A stretch of 64,000 bases of DNA from a virus (Duplodnaviria; Caudoviricetes), in the IMG/VR virus record IMGVR_UViG_3300045996_002689, positions 484 through 64,483 of that record; one strand, 5' to 3'. Below, one piece after another: positions 1 to 8,301 of this stretch. The notes below the pieces were generated by a model, which saw only the letters and a list, made by a program, of their open reading frames with translations, was not told the DNA's origin and ran no database searches. The position numbers and the translations under genes were made by a program. How positions within the stretch are numbered: the first letter of the stretch is position 1; every line of letters starts with the position of its first letter.

Positions 1-199
1 GTTTCCAGTTCTCTTGGCAGCGTAGTGCCGGTTCGTGCCAGGATGTGTAGGCGTGTCCTTGACAAATTTGGTGCGCTAAGTCCAAGGTATCGACGGTGCA
101 GTTCTCAAAACTATTGTTAAAAGAGAACCAGCGTTTGTCGCCCTCCGCCAACTTAGCGTCGAGAACCATGCGGTTGATTGCAACGGCGCTCTGTGGCAT
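1..199 (-). CDS. N-terminal part of a putative primase, runs off the left edge
   Basis: Own translation from ATG at 199: MPQSAVAINRMVLDAKL...FNNSFENC...LAHQICQGHAYTSWHEPALRCQENWK, open to position 1. Resembles N-termini of phage AEP/VirE-N-type primases; matching C-terminus likely at 63582-64000. Confidence 0.55.
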   Translation of the reverse strand, partial: MPQSAVAINRMVLDAKLAEGDKRWFSFNNSFENCTVDTLDLAHQICQGHAYTSWHEPALRCQENWK

Positions 200-200
200 C

Positions 201-617
201 TCACCTTCCCTCCTTGAGCCGTGCGCTCTTGATGGTGCCAGGGTCTACCGAAGAGGCTTGCCCGTAGTTCTCGACCGCCAGGTGAATGATGTAGGCGGCG
301 GCTTGCGCACAGCGGCGCGCCAGGGGTTGTCGATCTGGCCCAAGCTCATCGCTAAAACACTTGTATATCTCGTTGGCCTCCATGCCTAAGCTAATGGCCT
401 GTTCGATACGGTCGATGTAGTAGGGTTTCTTGGCCTGCAAATACTCGTAGGCATCGCGGTTGACCGCGTGGCGCAGGAGATGTCCTCCCGAATTTTCGTA
501 CATAAGCGAGGTGCCCCCCTCCTGGGGGTAATCCCAAAAAGAGCCGTTGACGAACTTACCGTAAAAAAACCTAGCGTTTCTTGGGCTTCTCCTTTCCGTC
601 ATCTTTGACGAACGCAC
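201..617 (-). CDS. hypothetical protein
   Basis: 138-aa ORF tightly packed between the 571-765 gene and the primase start at 199. Confidence 0.6.
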   Translation of the reverse strand: MRSSKMTERRSPRNARFFYGKFVNGSFWDYPQEGGTSLMYENSGGHLLRHAVNRDAYEYLQAKKPYYIDRIEQAISLGMEANEIYKCFSDELGPDRQPLARRCAQAAAYIIHLAVENYGQASSVDPGTIKSARLKEGR

Positions 618-765
618 TCTCGTTGACCTTGGCGTTGGCGATCAGAACCCGAATCACCTTGCTGCGGCTAAAGCCCGTGGCCTTTTCAAGCGCCAGGAGC
701 TTGGCGTGGGTTTCAGGCGTCAATAGGGCGCTGATCACCCACTGGTTTGCGTCATACTTTGACAT
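571..765 (-). CDS. small ribbon-helix-helix/CopG-like DNA-binding protein
   Basis: 64 aa, ISALLTPETHAKLLALEKATGFSRSKVIRVLI strand-helix-helix pattern; GAGGA RBS; own promoter. Confidence 0.6.
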   Translation of the reverse strand: MSKYDANQWVISALLTPETHAKLLALEKATGFSRSKVIRVLIANAKVNESAFVKDDGKEKPKKR

Positions 766-824
766 GGGTGTCCTCTGGATGCTGTGTAGTGTTTACATAA
801 AATGTGGCTAAATCAGCTACATGA

Positions 825-853
825 AGTCTAACGCACTTTTTGTAAAATGTCAA
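825..853 (-). promoter_or_regulatory. sigma70-type promoter for the leftward replication operon
   Basis: minus strand TTGACA-17 nt-TAGACT. Confidence 0.65.
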
Positions 854-877
854 GCACGAATTTTGAAGGAAAAATTT

Positions 878-960
878 AATTTCAAAAAAAATTTGTGGGG
901 ACGCAGGCGAATTTGAAAACGCGTTTCAAAAAATTGGCTGGGGATCGCCCTTATAGGGGG
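878..960. repeat. boundary element copy A (A-tract/GGGG element)
   Basis: Shares AATTTCAAAAAAA, TGGGG, GAATT, AAACGCGT, CAAAAAAT and GGGATCGnCCTTATAGGGGG in the same order with 7360-7443. Confidence 0.85.
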
Positions 961-966
961 CACCGT

Positions 967-1029
967 CAGACCGGCAACGGTCTGGACACGGGCGGTTCCA
1001 GACCGAACCCAGACCAAATTCAGACCGAA
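967..1029 (-). promoter_or_regulatory. phased CAGACC box array (inverted copy of the early-promoter element)
   Basis: CAGACC at 967, 999, 1010 and 1021 (11-bp phasing), plus hairpin CAGACCG-GCAA-CGGTCTG at 967-984. Confidence 0.7.
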
Positions 1030-1042
1030 AGGCTACGCACAG

Positions 1043-1648
1043 ATGGAACGGGGAGCGGGCGCGCCTATCATTTTAGGCAATATATTTTTTACGGTGCTTG
1101 GTATTTTTGCGCTAAAACTAGGCGGCTGGAACGGGGTGGCAATCATGGCGTTGGCTGCGCTGTACTTTCCTCTTAGCACCAGCGTGTTAATCTTGGCCGG
1201 ATCGGGCGGACTCAGGGATGTGTTATTGGCAATCACCGACAGGACATTTAGGGTTCTTGAGATTATGATCATAATTTCATGGCGCAAGTGGCAACACAAC
1301 ACCGGTTTAGCCATGCACGGTGACGACCAAGAACTTATCGAGATAATCCCAAGTGAATACAAGAGCTTCGTACCGGCGCAAATTCCCACGCGCCAAAGTG
1401 TGAGACAACAGGCGCGTGGCTGGCTGATGGGCTTGTGCAACGAGCGCACAGGGGAGCTAGACCCCAACAAAGTACATGACACGGGCGACACGCGCAGCGC
1501 GGGCTGGCTCAAGATCAAAGCACCGACCGGAGATGTGCGCGATTATTTGCTCAAGCGCGATTTGCTTGTGCCGCGCGCCAATGGCTTTGCGGTGAATATC
1601 AACAAAGTGGGCAACAGTCGAGACATAGAACAAGTTTTTCAAGAGTGA
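1043..1648 (+). CDS. hypothetical membrane protein
   Basis: 201 aa, two hydrophobic N-terminal segments, followed by a terminator. Confidence 0.65.
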   Translation: MERGAGAPIILGNIFFTVLGIFALKLGGWNGVAIMALAALYFPLSTSVLILAGSGGLRDVLLAITDRTFRVLEIMIIISWRKWQHNTGLAMHGDDQELIEIIPSEYKSFVPAQIPTRQSVRQQARGWLMGLCNERTGELDPNKVHDTGDTRSAGWLKIKAPTGDVRDYLLKRDLLVPRANGFAVNINKVGNSRDIEQVFQE

Positions 1649-1678
1649 CGTAGTAGGTATATATATAAAGGTCAACTT

Positions 1679-1708
1679 GTACCAGTGTGGCACACTGGTA
1701 CTTTTTTT
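1679..1708 (+). terminator. intrinsic terminator
   Basis: GTACCAGTGT-GGC-ACACTGGTAC followed by T7. Confidence 0.85.
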
Positions 1709-1737
1709 ATTTGTAGCAACGCGCTATTGCGTAGAGA

Positions 1738-1852
1738 AACGGTCTGATTATGGTCTTGGTTTTGTCCAGCATGCCCGCCCGACAGCCGCTATACTGGGGG
1801 CATAGGCAGCAAACGCAGTCGAGGAACAACCACAATACAGGAGAACAGGGAC
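1738..1852 (+). promoter_or_regulatory. repeated early promoter/leader, copy 1
   Basis: AACGGTCTGA.TATGGTCTT....TTGTCCAGCA...CCGCTATACT.GGGG...ACAGGAGAAC; nearly the same at 5534-5649. Confidence 0.8.
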
Positions 1853-2536
1853 ATGGCAATTCAACTTACCACGGACGAAGCGAAGTTTTTGAGCGCGGCA
1901 CTAGACGCCAAACACACGTCGTTGCACTTGCGCTACTACCTGATGACCGACAAACAAAAACTTGTCACCACGGATGGCTTTCGCGCCCACGTAGTCGCCA
2001 CAGAGGTACAATGCGAACCAGGCTTTTATGTGCTTGACAAAGAGCGCACCCGCCTAAACCGCGTAGCAGATGACGATGTGGCGGACGCACGCAAAGAGTT
2101 TTACCTGATGAAAAACTTGGGGTTGGACAGGATTGTTCCCCAAAGCGTTATCGAGGCAAACCCATCTGTGATGTACTGTGTGCGCAACGGCGAATTTGAT
2201 AACTTCTCTTGCAACTACTTTCCGCGGCACAAGGGCAAAAGAAACACAAGCAGCCACATGACATTTCGCCGCGGCAAGATCATGGGACAGGAACGCGCCG
2301 TGTGCTTGGGCATCAACGCCTATCCGGTTGTGTGGCAAGAGGATGGAACCGTGGCTTTTGATAATGGCTTGGGAACGATTGCGCTGGATTCAAACTTTAT
2401 CCTAGATGCACTTTCCACGCCAATGGTAAGACCGGTCATGCGCTGGACAACGCCCAGAAGCCCCGCCATCATTGGCGACATGGGCGAGGCGCACGCGATT
2501 GTTATGCCCATTTACCCGCGCTACATAGAGCGTTAA
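1853..2536 (+). CDS. beta sliding clamp (DnaN)-like protein, two-domain/truncated
   Basis: LVTTDGFRAH (cf. DnaN VATDGHRL) and C-terminal IALDSNFILDAL...SPAII...AIVMPI; only 227 aa. Confidence 0.6.
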   Translation: MAIQLTTDEAKFLSAALDAKHTSLHLRYYLMTDKQKLVTTDGFRAHVVATEVQCEPGFYVLDKERTRLNRVADDDVADARKEFYLMKNLGLDRIVPQSVIEANPSVMYCVRNGEFDNFSCNYFPRHKGKRNTSSHMTFRRGKIMGQERAVCLGINAYPVVWQEDGTVAFDNGLGTIALDSNFILDALSTPMVRPVMRWTTPRSPAIIGDMGEAHAIVMPIYPRYIER

Positions 2537-2602
2537 GTTACCAGGTGAACAGGACGGGGCAGGGGTAAAACCTTGCCCCGATAACCACAGGGGGACAGGG
2601 GC

Positions 2603-2962
2603 ATGACAACGGCGACCGAAAACAGGTTCAAGCAACTTATCGAACGCGGCTTTTTGCCAGGGTACACAGTCAAGCGCAGCACGTCGCTTGTGCCCCTACA
2701 GGAGCGCGCCGACGCAAACGTTCCCGTGGATGTGTTGATGCAAGGCGGCTGGCTGGATGTAGCAAAGGCACTTGCGCGCCAGGTAGAACTAGGGGAGCTA
2801 AAGATTGCTTTTGCGGTACTGGACAAACGCGGCCTATGGGATTCTCGCGGCAAGTTCAAGCAGGTCAATAGCCCGTGGGATTGCTTTGAGTACGCCATTT
2901 ACTTGCGGGTTGGCTACCGCATTGACGGTATCGGGGTATCTATGTACGAAAGGGATTACTAG
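2603..2962 (+). CDS. hypothetical protein
   Basis: 119 aa, purine-rich leader ACAGGGGGACAGGGGC. Confidence 0.7.
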   Translation: MTTATENRFKQLIERGFLPGYTVKRSTSLVPLQERADANVPVDVLMQGGWLDVAKALARQVELGELKIAFAVLDKRGLWDSRGKFKQVNSPWDCFEYAIYLRVGYRIDGIGVSMYERDY

Positions 2963-3095
2963 ATGAAGGCAATTTTTCTGTTGATTGTGATGTGGGTATC
3001 GCCCGTGTTGTTCTGGATATTGTTTTTTCAGCTAGTTGTCAAACCAGGTTTATCAGGTCAGTAAATTTAGCAGGACAAAGACAAGGACTAGGAAC

Positions 3096-3785
3096 ATGAA
3101 ACCAAGATTCAAGTTTGGCTACAGCGTGAGCTACACGCTCGCGCCAGCGATCAGCTACGCCATGCGCGCCGACTTCACATTTAGGATCGGTGTAGTTGAC
3201 GAGTACGCCCAGGACACTGGCAGGGGCTACACGCAGCAATGGCAGGAGTTTGACCCGCGCGCCGAGGTCACGTTTGTGAGTTTTGCCGAGACGCCAGAGG
3301 AAGCCATTTCTCGCTACACAGACACCTATTGTTTGCACCCGTCTGTTCTGCCCATACGCTTTAACCCGATTTTTGCCGCAGGTTACAACCAGGGCATCCA
3401 GGCCAGGATAGGCGACCTTATCTTTACCGAGACAAGCGCAGGCTCCTTGATGATGGGGACTTGCTACCGGTGGTATCAGACACCCGCTATCTTGGAGTTT
3501 CTGGGGAAATGTTTTGATTACCCCGACGACAACATGAGTTTTGCGGCATCTAAGAAGTTCGACGCGGTGCGCGACCAGTGGGACAGGATGGACGCAATGG
3601 CAAGGTTCTGGTACTGCCTACACATGCGCGGGGCGCGTTTGGGCGTGGTCAACCCGCAAACGGGCGCATGGGAGCAAGTTCCCGCCAAAGAGCAGATAGA
3701 CGCTGATCGGTTGTCGCTCATGCTCATAGACACCAAGCTCAAGTGCGACACGCTCAAGGCGCAGGTCGAGCCTGCAAAAGTTTAG
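3096..3785 (+). CDS. hypothetical protein
   Basis: In-frame ATG after GGACTAGGAAC leader; start moved from 3036. Confidence 0.7.
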   Translation: MKPRFKFGYSVSYTLAPAISYAMRADFTFRIGVVDEYAQDTGRGYTQQWQEFDPRAEVTFVSFAETPEEAISRYTDTYCLHPSVLPIRFNPIFAAGYNQGIQARIGDLIFTETSAGSLMMGTCYRWYQTPAILEFLGKCFDYPDDNMSFAASKKFDAVRDQWDRMDAMARFWYCLHMRGARLGVVNPQTGAWEQVPAKEQIDADRLSLMLIDTKLKCDTLKAQVEPAKV

Positions 3786-3797
3786 GGGGATAAACTC

Positions 3798-4445
3798 ATG
3801 GACAGAAAAATGGGTGGCGTGAGTGCATTTAACTTGTTGCTTGGCTTTCCCCCGCCAACGCCGAAAGTAGAAGCAGAAGCGGAGCCGGAAGAATCACTCC
3901 TGCTGCCCATTGTCGACGAGGTAGACATCCAGGGCAACCGTATCTGGCGCGTGTCTCTAGGGGACATTGACTTTGACATAAGTTTTTGGCGGGTGACAGA
4001 GCGACCAGGCTTGCCGCCCTTGCCCAATTGTTACGCGGCGCGTGTGTGGGTGGCTACGCCAGAGTACAGGACGCTCAAGCCCTTGATCATGTACCACTCG
4101 CTTCTTGATCGCAGGCAGGTGACGCGCACAAGTGTTCTTGTCGAAATGATTTTTCAGGCAAACTTTAGCGTGAACTTTCGCCCCTTTGCGCAGAGCGTAT
4201 CTTCTTTGGGCTTGTACTGCGTAGGCATTACCGAGGCAAACCAGTATGCCTATGGCTGGATCAACCAAGCCGTTGGCGCGGCAAAGTTTTTGAATGAGGC
4301 GGGGATCGACAAGGGGAAAATCCAATACCTGTGGGCATGTGCCCTAGACGCACACGGGCCTATAGTAACGAACGTTACGGGCGACTTGAGAGTAAAACTA
4401 CGAAAAGCACAGGAGATGGCAGATGGCAAAGCGCAAGGTAATTGA
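3798..4445 (+). CDS. hypothetical protein
   Basis: 215 aa, RBS AGGGGG, operon packing. Confidence 0.7.
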   Translation: MDRKMGGVSAFNLLLGFPPPTPKVEAEAEPEESLLLPIVDEVDIQGNRIWRVSLGDIDFDISFWRVTERPGLPPLPNCYAARVWVATPEYRTLKPLIMYHSLLDRRQVTRTSVLVEMIFQANFSVNFRPFAQSVSSLGLYCVGITEANQYAYGWINQAVGAAKFLNEAGIDKGKIQYLWACALDAHGPIVTNVTGDLRVKLRKAQEMADGKAQGN

Positions 4446-4890
4446 CAGGGAAGCGACGACAATGGAATTGCCTGTAACCAGCAATATCTGTGTGGACTGC
4501 AAGCGCGAAATCGCAGTCACAGATGGGCAAGGAGGTACAGGCTACGGGGTCAGTGAACAGGGGGACAGAGTGTGTTACTCCTGTTGTGGTTATCGCGATA
4601 AAGGCGACATGATCCTGGAGGGAAAAGCTGTGCTTTTTTGGCACGCAGGCGAGCTAACCAATTGGCCTGGCACGTTGCGATTTGGCAGGGTAACGACAAG
4701 GGTGGCGCGGGCTGGCTTCACCGGACGCAGGCTATACCTGACTTTTATCGGGCCAGATGGCTACGTGTGGATCGGCAACCGTAACGCAGACGGGTGGGAC
4801 GAAATTGTGCGCGTCAAGCGTTCCAGCAGAAAATCCCTCCTGACGCTAGGCTTGCACCAGACAAGGGGGCAGGTAACGCTTGCGGGATGA
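4423..4890 (+). CDS. hypothetical protein with Zn-binding motifs
   Basis: CVDC and CYSC motifs; AGGAG RBS. Confidence 0.7.
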   Translation: MAKRKVIDREATTMELPVTSNICVDCKREIAVTDGQGGTGYGVSEQGDRVCYSCCGYRDKGDMILEGKAVLFWHAGELTNWPGTLRFGRVTTRVARAGFTGRRLYLTFIGPDGYVWIGNRNADGWDEIVRVKRSSRKSLLTLGLHQTRGQVTLAG

Positions 4891-4961
4891 GTTATCTCGC
4901 GGTAGACTTTGGGGGACTGGCAAGTGGGCCAGTCCCCTCTTACATTTATGGAGATAAGACC

Positions 4962-5267
4962 ATGCCCAACGAAGGCGAAGAAGTGCAACCCAAATTTCAC
5001 GTCTGGAATTTTAGGCTGACGCGTACCAGCATCCCGCAGCAATTTGAGTTTGGCAATGCCTTGACCAAACGCGAGGCGGGGGATCGCATTGCCAAACAAC
5101 TTGGCATGAAAGAGCTACCCTATGGCGCGGTGCTTTCGCAGCGCGAGCTAGAGCGGCTGGAGCCACTTGAAGCGCAGCCAGAGCAAGAAACCGAGCCGGA
5201 AGAAAAACCCCAAACACGCACAGCGGAGAAACCCAATGAACGAGACGGCAAAGGACGCGCACGCTAG
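4962..5267 (+). CDS. hypothetical protein
   Basis: In-frame ATG after GGAG; start uncertain, 4887 possible. Confidence 0.55.
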   Translation: MPNEGEEVQPKFHVWNFRLTRTSIPQQFEFGNALTKREAGDRIAKQLGMKELPYGAVLSQRELERLEPLEAQPEQETEPEEKPQTRTAEKPNERDGKGRAR

Positions 5268-5535
5268 TCCAGCCAGGATAAAAATTGTAAGCCTGAGATA
5301 TTTTGGCTACGGCTATAAGTTTACCGTACAAACTTTTTACCCAAACGGGGCTGTCCACCGGAGCCTTGCTTGCGCTACCTACGGCAACGGCATGGGGTTG
5401 ATTGTGGCCGGTCAACCGGTCAACTTGGGGCTAAACTGGCGCGGTATGACTTTGGAGGAAGCGCAAGCCAAGCTAGAAGCCCTTTTTGCCGACAATCCCA
5501 GGTGGCTTGTCACGGGCAACCAACGCGTAGGGTAA
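5236..5535 (+). CDS. hypothetical protein
   Basis: In-frame ATG after GGAGA. Confidence 0.6.
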   Translation: MNETAKDAHASPARIKIVSLRYFGYGYKFTVQTFYPNGAVHRSLACATYGNGMGLIVAGQPVNLGLNWRGMTLEEAQAKLEALFADNPRWLVTGNQRVG

Positions 5536-5649
5536 CGGTCTGAGTATGGTCTTAGACTTGTCCAGCAACCGCCCCCAAACCCCGCTATACTAGGGGCAAG
5601 CGCAGATGTGAGAGCGCAGGACAACACACAACACAGGAGAACTAGGGAA
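5534..5649 (+). promoter_or_regulatory. repeated early promoter/leader, copy 2
   Basis: AACGGTCTGAGTATGGTCTTAGACTTGTCCAGCAACCGCCC...CCGCTATACTAGGGG...ACAGGAGAACTAGGGAA-ATG. Confidence 0.8.
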
Positions 5650-6129
5650 ATGTACGAACACTTGCGTATCATGGCGGGGGAGCGCAAAATCAGCCAGGTG
5701 CTTTTTGCGTGTGGCGACAAGCAACCGGAGTATGCGCTGTTGGCTTTTTCGTTTGGCGACAACGAAATCACCTGTGTGGAAAAACTAGAAACCTACACAC
5801 AGGCGGGCGCGCTGGGCGTGGCGGAACGCGCCGCAGGACTTAGCACTTATCACGACAAGCCCATCACGGCGATTGCCATTGCTGCGCCAATGGGCCAGGA
5901 TAGCCCTACCTGGGCCTGCTATGCCACCGATCATCATATGCAGGTGGACTTGAGCTACCTTGCGCCTTTTGACCACGAAGGCACGACGGACTTTGGGCGT
6001 ACTCCTGTTGTCGAAACGCATCCGGTTTTTAATGCGCTGGCGATGGTCTTGACTGATTGCTGGAGCTTTTTGCAGGACGAAGGCAAGTGCGAATTGCATG
6101 TACCCGCAGAAATGGAGTTATCGCAATAA
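5650..6129 (+). CDS. hypothetical protein
   Basis: ATG directly after the conserved leader. Confidence 0.75.
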   Translation: MYEHLRIMAGERKISQVLFACGDKQPEYALLAFSFGDNEITCVEKLETYTQAGALGVAERAAGLSTYHDKPITAIAIAAPMGQDSPTWACYATDHHMQVDLSYLAPFDHEGTTDFGRTPVVETHPVFNALAMVLTDCWSFLQDEGKCELHVPAEMELSQ

Positions 6130-6359
6130 TGGCAATGTACTTGTCTTTGCGCTGTAACCAGGGGGAATCTGCTTTGGCTCGCATCGAGCGAGCCAAGCTG
6201 CCATCACAGGAACCCGCGCCGTTGCCTGCCGATGCCTACAAAGGGCCAATCCAACGCGATAGATTTGGCTGGCAACCCGCTCCAGGAAATGTAAATATCT
6301 TGGGCGACGTGACTGAGTTTAGCGGGAAAATCTCATACTACATCTGCCAACGAAAGTGA
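6129..6359 (+). CDS. hypothetical protein
   Basis: TAATG translational coupling with the upstream gene. Confidence 0.55.
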   Translation: MAMYLSLRCNQGESALARIERAKLPSQEPAPLPADAYKGPIQRDRFGWQPAPGNVNILGDVTEFSGKISYYICQRK

Positions 6360-6374
6360 GAACTAGGGGACACC

Positions 6375-6683
6375 ATGAACCAGAACGAAGCGGACTACCT
6401 GTTGGGGTGGAACGACGCCCATGGTGAACTTTTCGCCAGGTCGCAGTTTTTGCTGAACGATAACTATATGCAGGGCTACAACGACGGCTGCGATGAGTTG
6501 ATCTACCAAGCGGGGTGGGACGCGGGCTATTGCGGCGAGGATGCCGACGAGTCATGTGTTTATCTGGACAAGTACATGCAGGGATACCAGGACGGGCGTG
6601 CCGAGAACCAGCGCGAAGAACAACAACACCTTAAGAAACTGGGGAGGATCACGGGCCATGCCAAAACCAGCCTACTATATTGA
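6375..6683 (+). CDS. hypothetical protein with four YxxG[WY]xx[GA] repeats
   Basis: YLLGWNDA, YMQGYNDG, YQAGWDAG, YMQGYQDG; CTAGGGG leader. Confidence 0.7.
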   Translation: MNQNEADYLLGWNDAHGELFARSQFLLNDNYMQGYNDGCDELIYQAGWDAGYCGEDADESCVYLDKYMQGYQDGRAENQREEQQHLKKLGRITGHAKTSLLY

Positions 6684-6990
6684 GGTTGACACCTACTGGC
6701 AAGATAGCCCTAGCTTTTTTGTGGGGCCATTTGCCAGCCGCCAGGAAGCAACCAACTGGCACGCAAGCGCACCCGAAGGCGCAAACCTGTGGTTGTCGAG
6801 TAGCATATGCGGGGGCGACATCAGGAGCGCATGGCGCGTCTATGCAAACGCCTTGAGCCAAACCGAGGCGCGCAAGCGTGGCCTAAAAGATGACTATGGG
6901 CATGGCTACAACATCCTGCCTGCCCACACAGAGCCAACCGCCGCCGCCTTGTCGGTCGCCAAGATGGAGCTATACGAGATATTAGGGTAG
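6658..6990 (+). CDS. hypothetical protein
   Basis: GGAGG RBS, ends just before a terminator. Confidence 0.65.
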   Translation: MPKPAYYIEVDTYWQDSPSFFVGPFASRQEATNWHASAPEGANLWLSSSICGGDIRSAWRVYANALSQTEARKRGLKDDYGHGYNILPAHTEPTAAALSVAKMELYEILG

Positions 6991-6998
6991 GACGTGCC

Positions 6999-7034
6999 GC
7001 CCCTCTTGGGTAAATCTCAAGAGGGGCATGTTTT
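6999..7034 (+). terminator. intrinsic terminator
   Basis: GCCCCTCTTG...CAAGAGGGGC then TGTTTT. Confidence 0.7.
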
Positions 7035-7359
7035 ATAAATCACCAACCAAGCAAAACTTTTCCTCAATAAATTCTACACCGTAGGTTTTTGTAAATATCC
7101 CAACCAAATACTCAAGTTTACATAAGATTATCACGCGACCAAAAGCTACCTACTTTACATAACGCATGGGCGCATTGGGTGGAGGTGCAGAGGTGGGCCT
7201 GTTGTGGGGGCTGTGGCACACACGCCAGCATCTCCCCAGGGCAACGTAGAGGGGACTAGGTGACGTGATAGCATCCCATAGGTACATCCATAGCCTTATT
7301 GCGCAAAAATAAGCTTGTAGCGGCTTTATTTTGCCCCAGGAACTAAATACTCTGGAATA

Positions 7360-7443
7360 AATTTCAAAAAAATTTTTATGGGGGTGGGCAGGAATTCGCA
7401 AACGCGTCTGCAAAAAATAGCCAGGGATCGACCTTATAGGGGG
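7360..7443. repeat. boundary element copy B
   Basis: Diverged direct repeat of 878-960. Confidence 0.85.
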
Positions 7444-7514
7444 TCGCGGCGGGGCACAGGGTAGCCCGCACACGCGGGGGCCATAAGATTATGTCAATAC
7501 GAACATGGGTTCTA

Positions 7515-7530
7515 GGGATTATGTCAATAA
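7515..7530 (+). repeat. left arm of 16-bp perfect inverted repeat flanking the AAA cassette
   Basis: GGGATTATGTCAATAA; reverse complement at 12690-12705; further ATTATGTCAA copies at 7488 and 7541. Confidence 0.85.
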
Positions 7531-7687
7531 ACTTACCAGCATTATGTCAAGTGTAAACTGCTGCAAAATTTGCTGTCACAAAATGTTGCTGAACTTGACA
7601 CTTGTTATTGTTGCGCCAAAATTATACCCATCTGTAGGCTTGCGCCATTGCGCCAAAAACTCATGCTCGAATATCATGTATCAAGTA

Positions 7688-7716
7688 TTGACACGATAAG
7701 TATATGATGCTAAGAT
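7688..7716 (+). promoter_or_regulatory. strong sigma70-type promoter
   Basis: TTGACA-17 nt-TAAGAT with extended -10 TG. Confidence 0.75.
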
Positions 7717-7764
7717 ACAGACCGGACGTTTTTTTCAGAGAAAAACACAGGAGAACACAGGGGA

Positions 7765-8031
7765 ATGAACGCACAGCAGATTAGACGTAATGCAGTCAAC
7801 GCACAGCGGTACACACCAATGACACAGTGGAATACAGTAGACAACACACCGGAACGCTTTCTTTTGGTACAAGAGGAACCCGAAAGCAACTTATTTTTGA
7901 TCGTGGATGAATGGCTTTACGAGCGTGAATACTGGATACTGCGCGCCGTGGTCGCTCTTTTGGTACTCAAGAGCATTACAAGTACAGATATAAGCAACGT
8001 GGTTAACCTGATTGCTCGTATCGTCAACTAA
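7765..8031 (+). CDS. hypothetical protein, possible C-terminal membrane segment
   Basis: 88 aa, ACAGGAGAACACAGGGGA leader. Confidence 0.7.
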   Translation: MNAQQIRRNAVNAQRYTPMTQWNTVDNTPERFLLVQEEPESNLFLIVDEWLYEREYWILRAVVALLVLKSITSTDISNVVNLIARIVN

Positions 8032-8052
8032 CAAAGAACAGGACTAGGGACA

Positions 8053-8289
8053 ATGGCAACTTTTGGGGAGAACACAATTGGGGGCAAATGCATCGCAGAG
8101 ATGCAGGCGCAAGGGTACAAGTACGCGGGTTTTACGACCGGACAATTTTCGTTGCGCAAGGGGAGCAATCTGTACCGTAAAGTTACGACACTGGGTCTAT
8201 CGATTGAAAATGTAGCAGTACGGCGCGGCGCGAAAATGCGTCATCGCACACAGGGTACGCAATTGCTCATTTTTGTCAAGGCAGAATAG
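8053..8289 (+). CDS. small basic hypothetical protein
   Basis: 78 aa, GGACTAGGGACA leader. Confidence 0.7.
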   Translation: MATFGENTIGGKCIAEMQAQGYKYAGFTTGQFSLRKGSNLYRKVTTLGLSIENVAVRRGAKMRHRTQGTQLLIFVKAE

Positions 8290-8301
8290 GACTAGGGGAC
8301 A

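Noticed and set aside
967-7560. CRISPR array or mini-array
   Set aside because: Repeats are short or dispersed with no regular repeat-spacer period, and no cas genes are present.
7150-7699. ORFs 7150-7473 and 7505-7699 (also 12267-12643, 13039-13421)
   Set aside because: No RBS, atypical composition, and they overlap the repeat and boundary elements; treated as non-coding.
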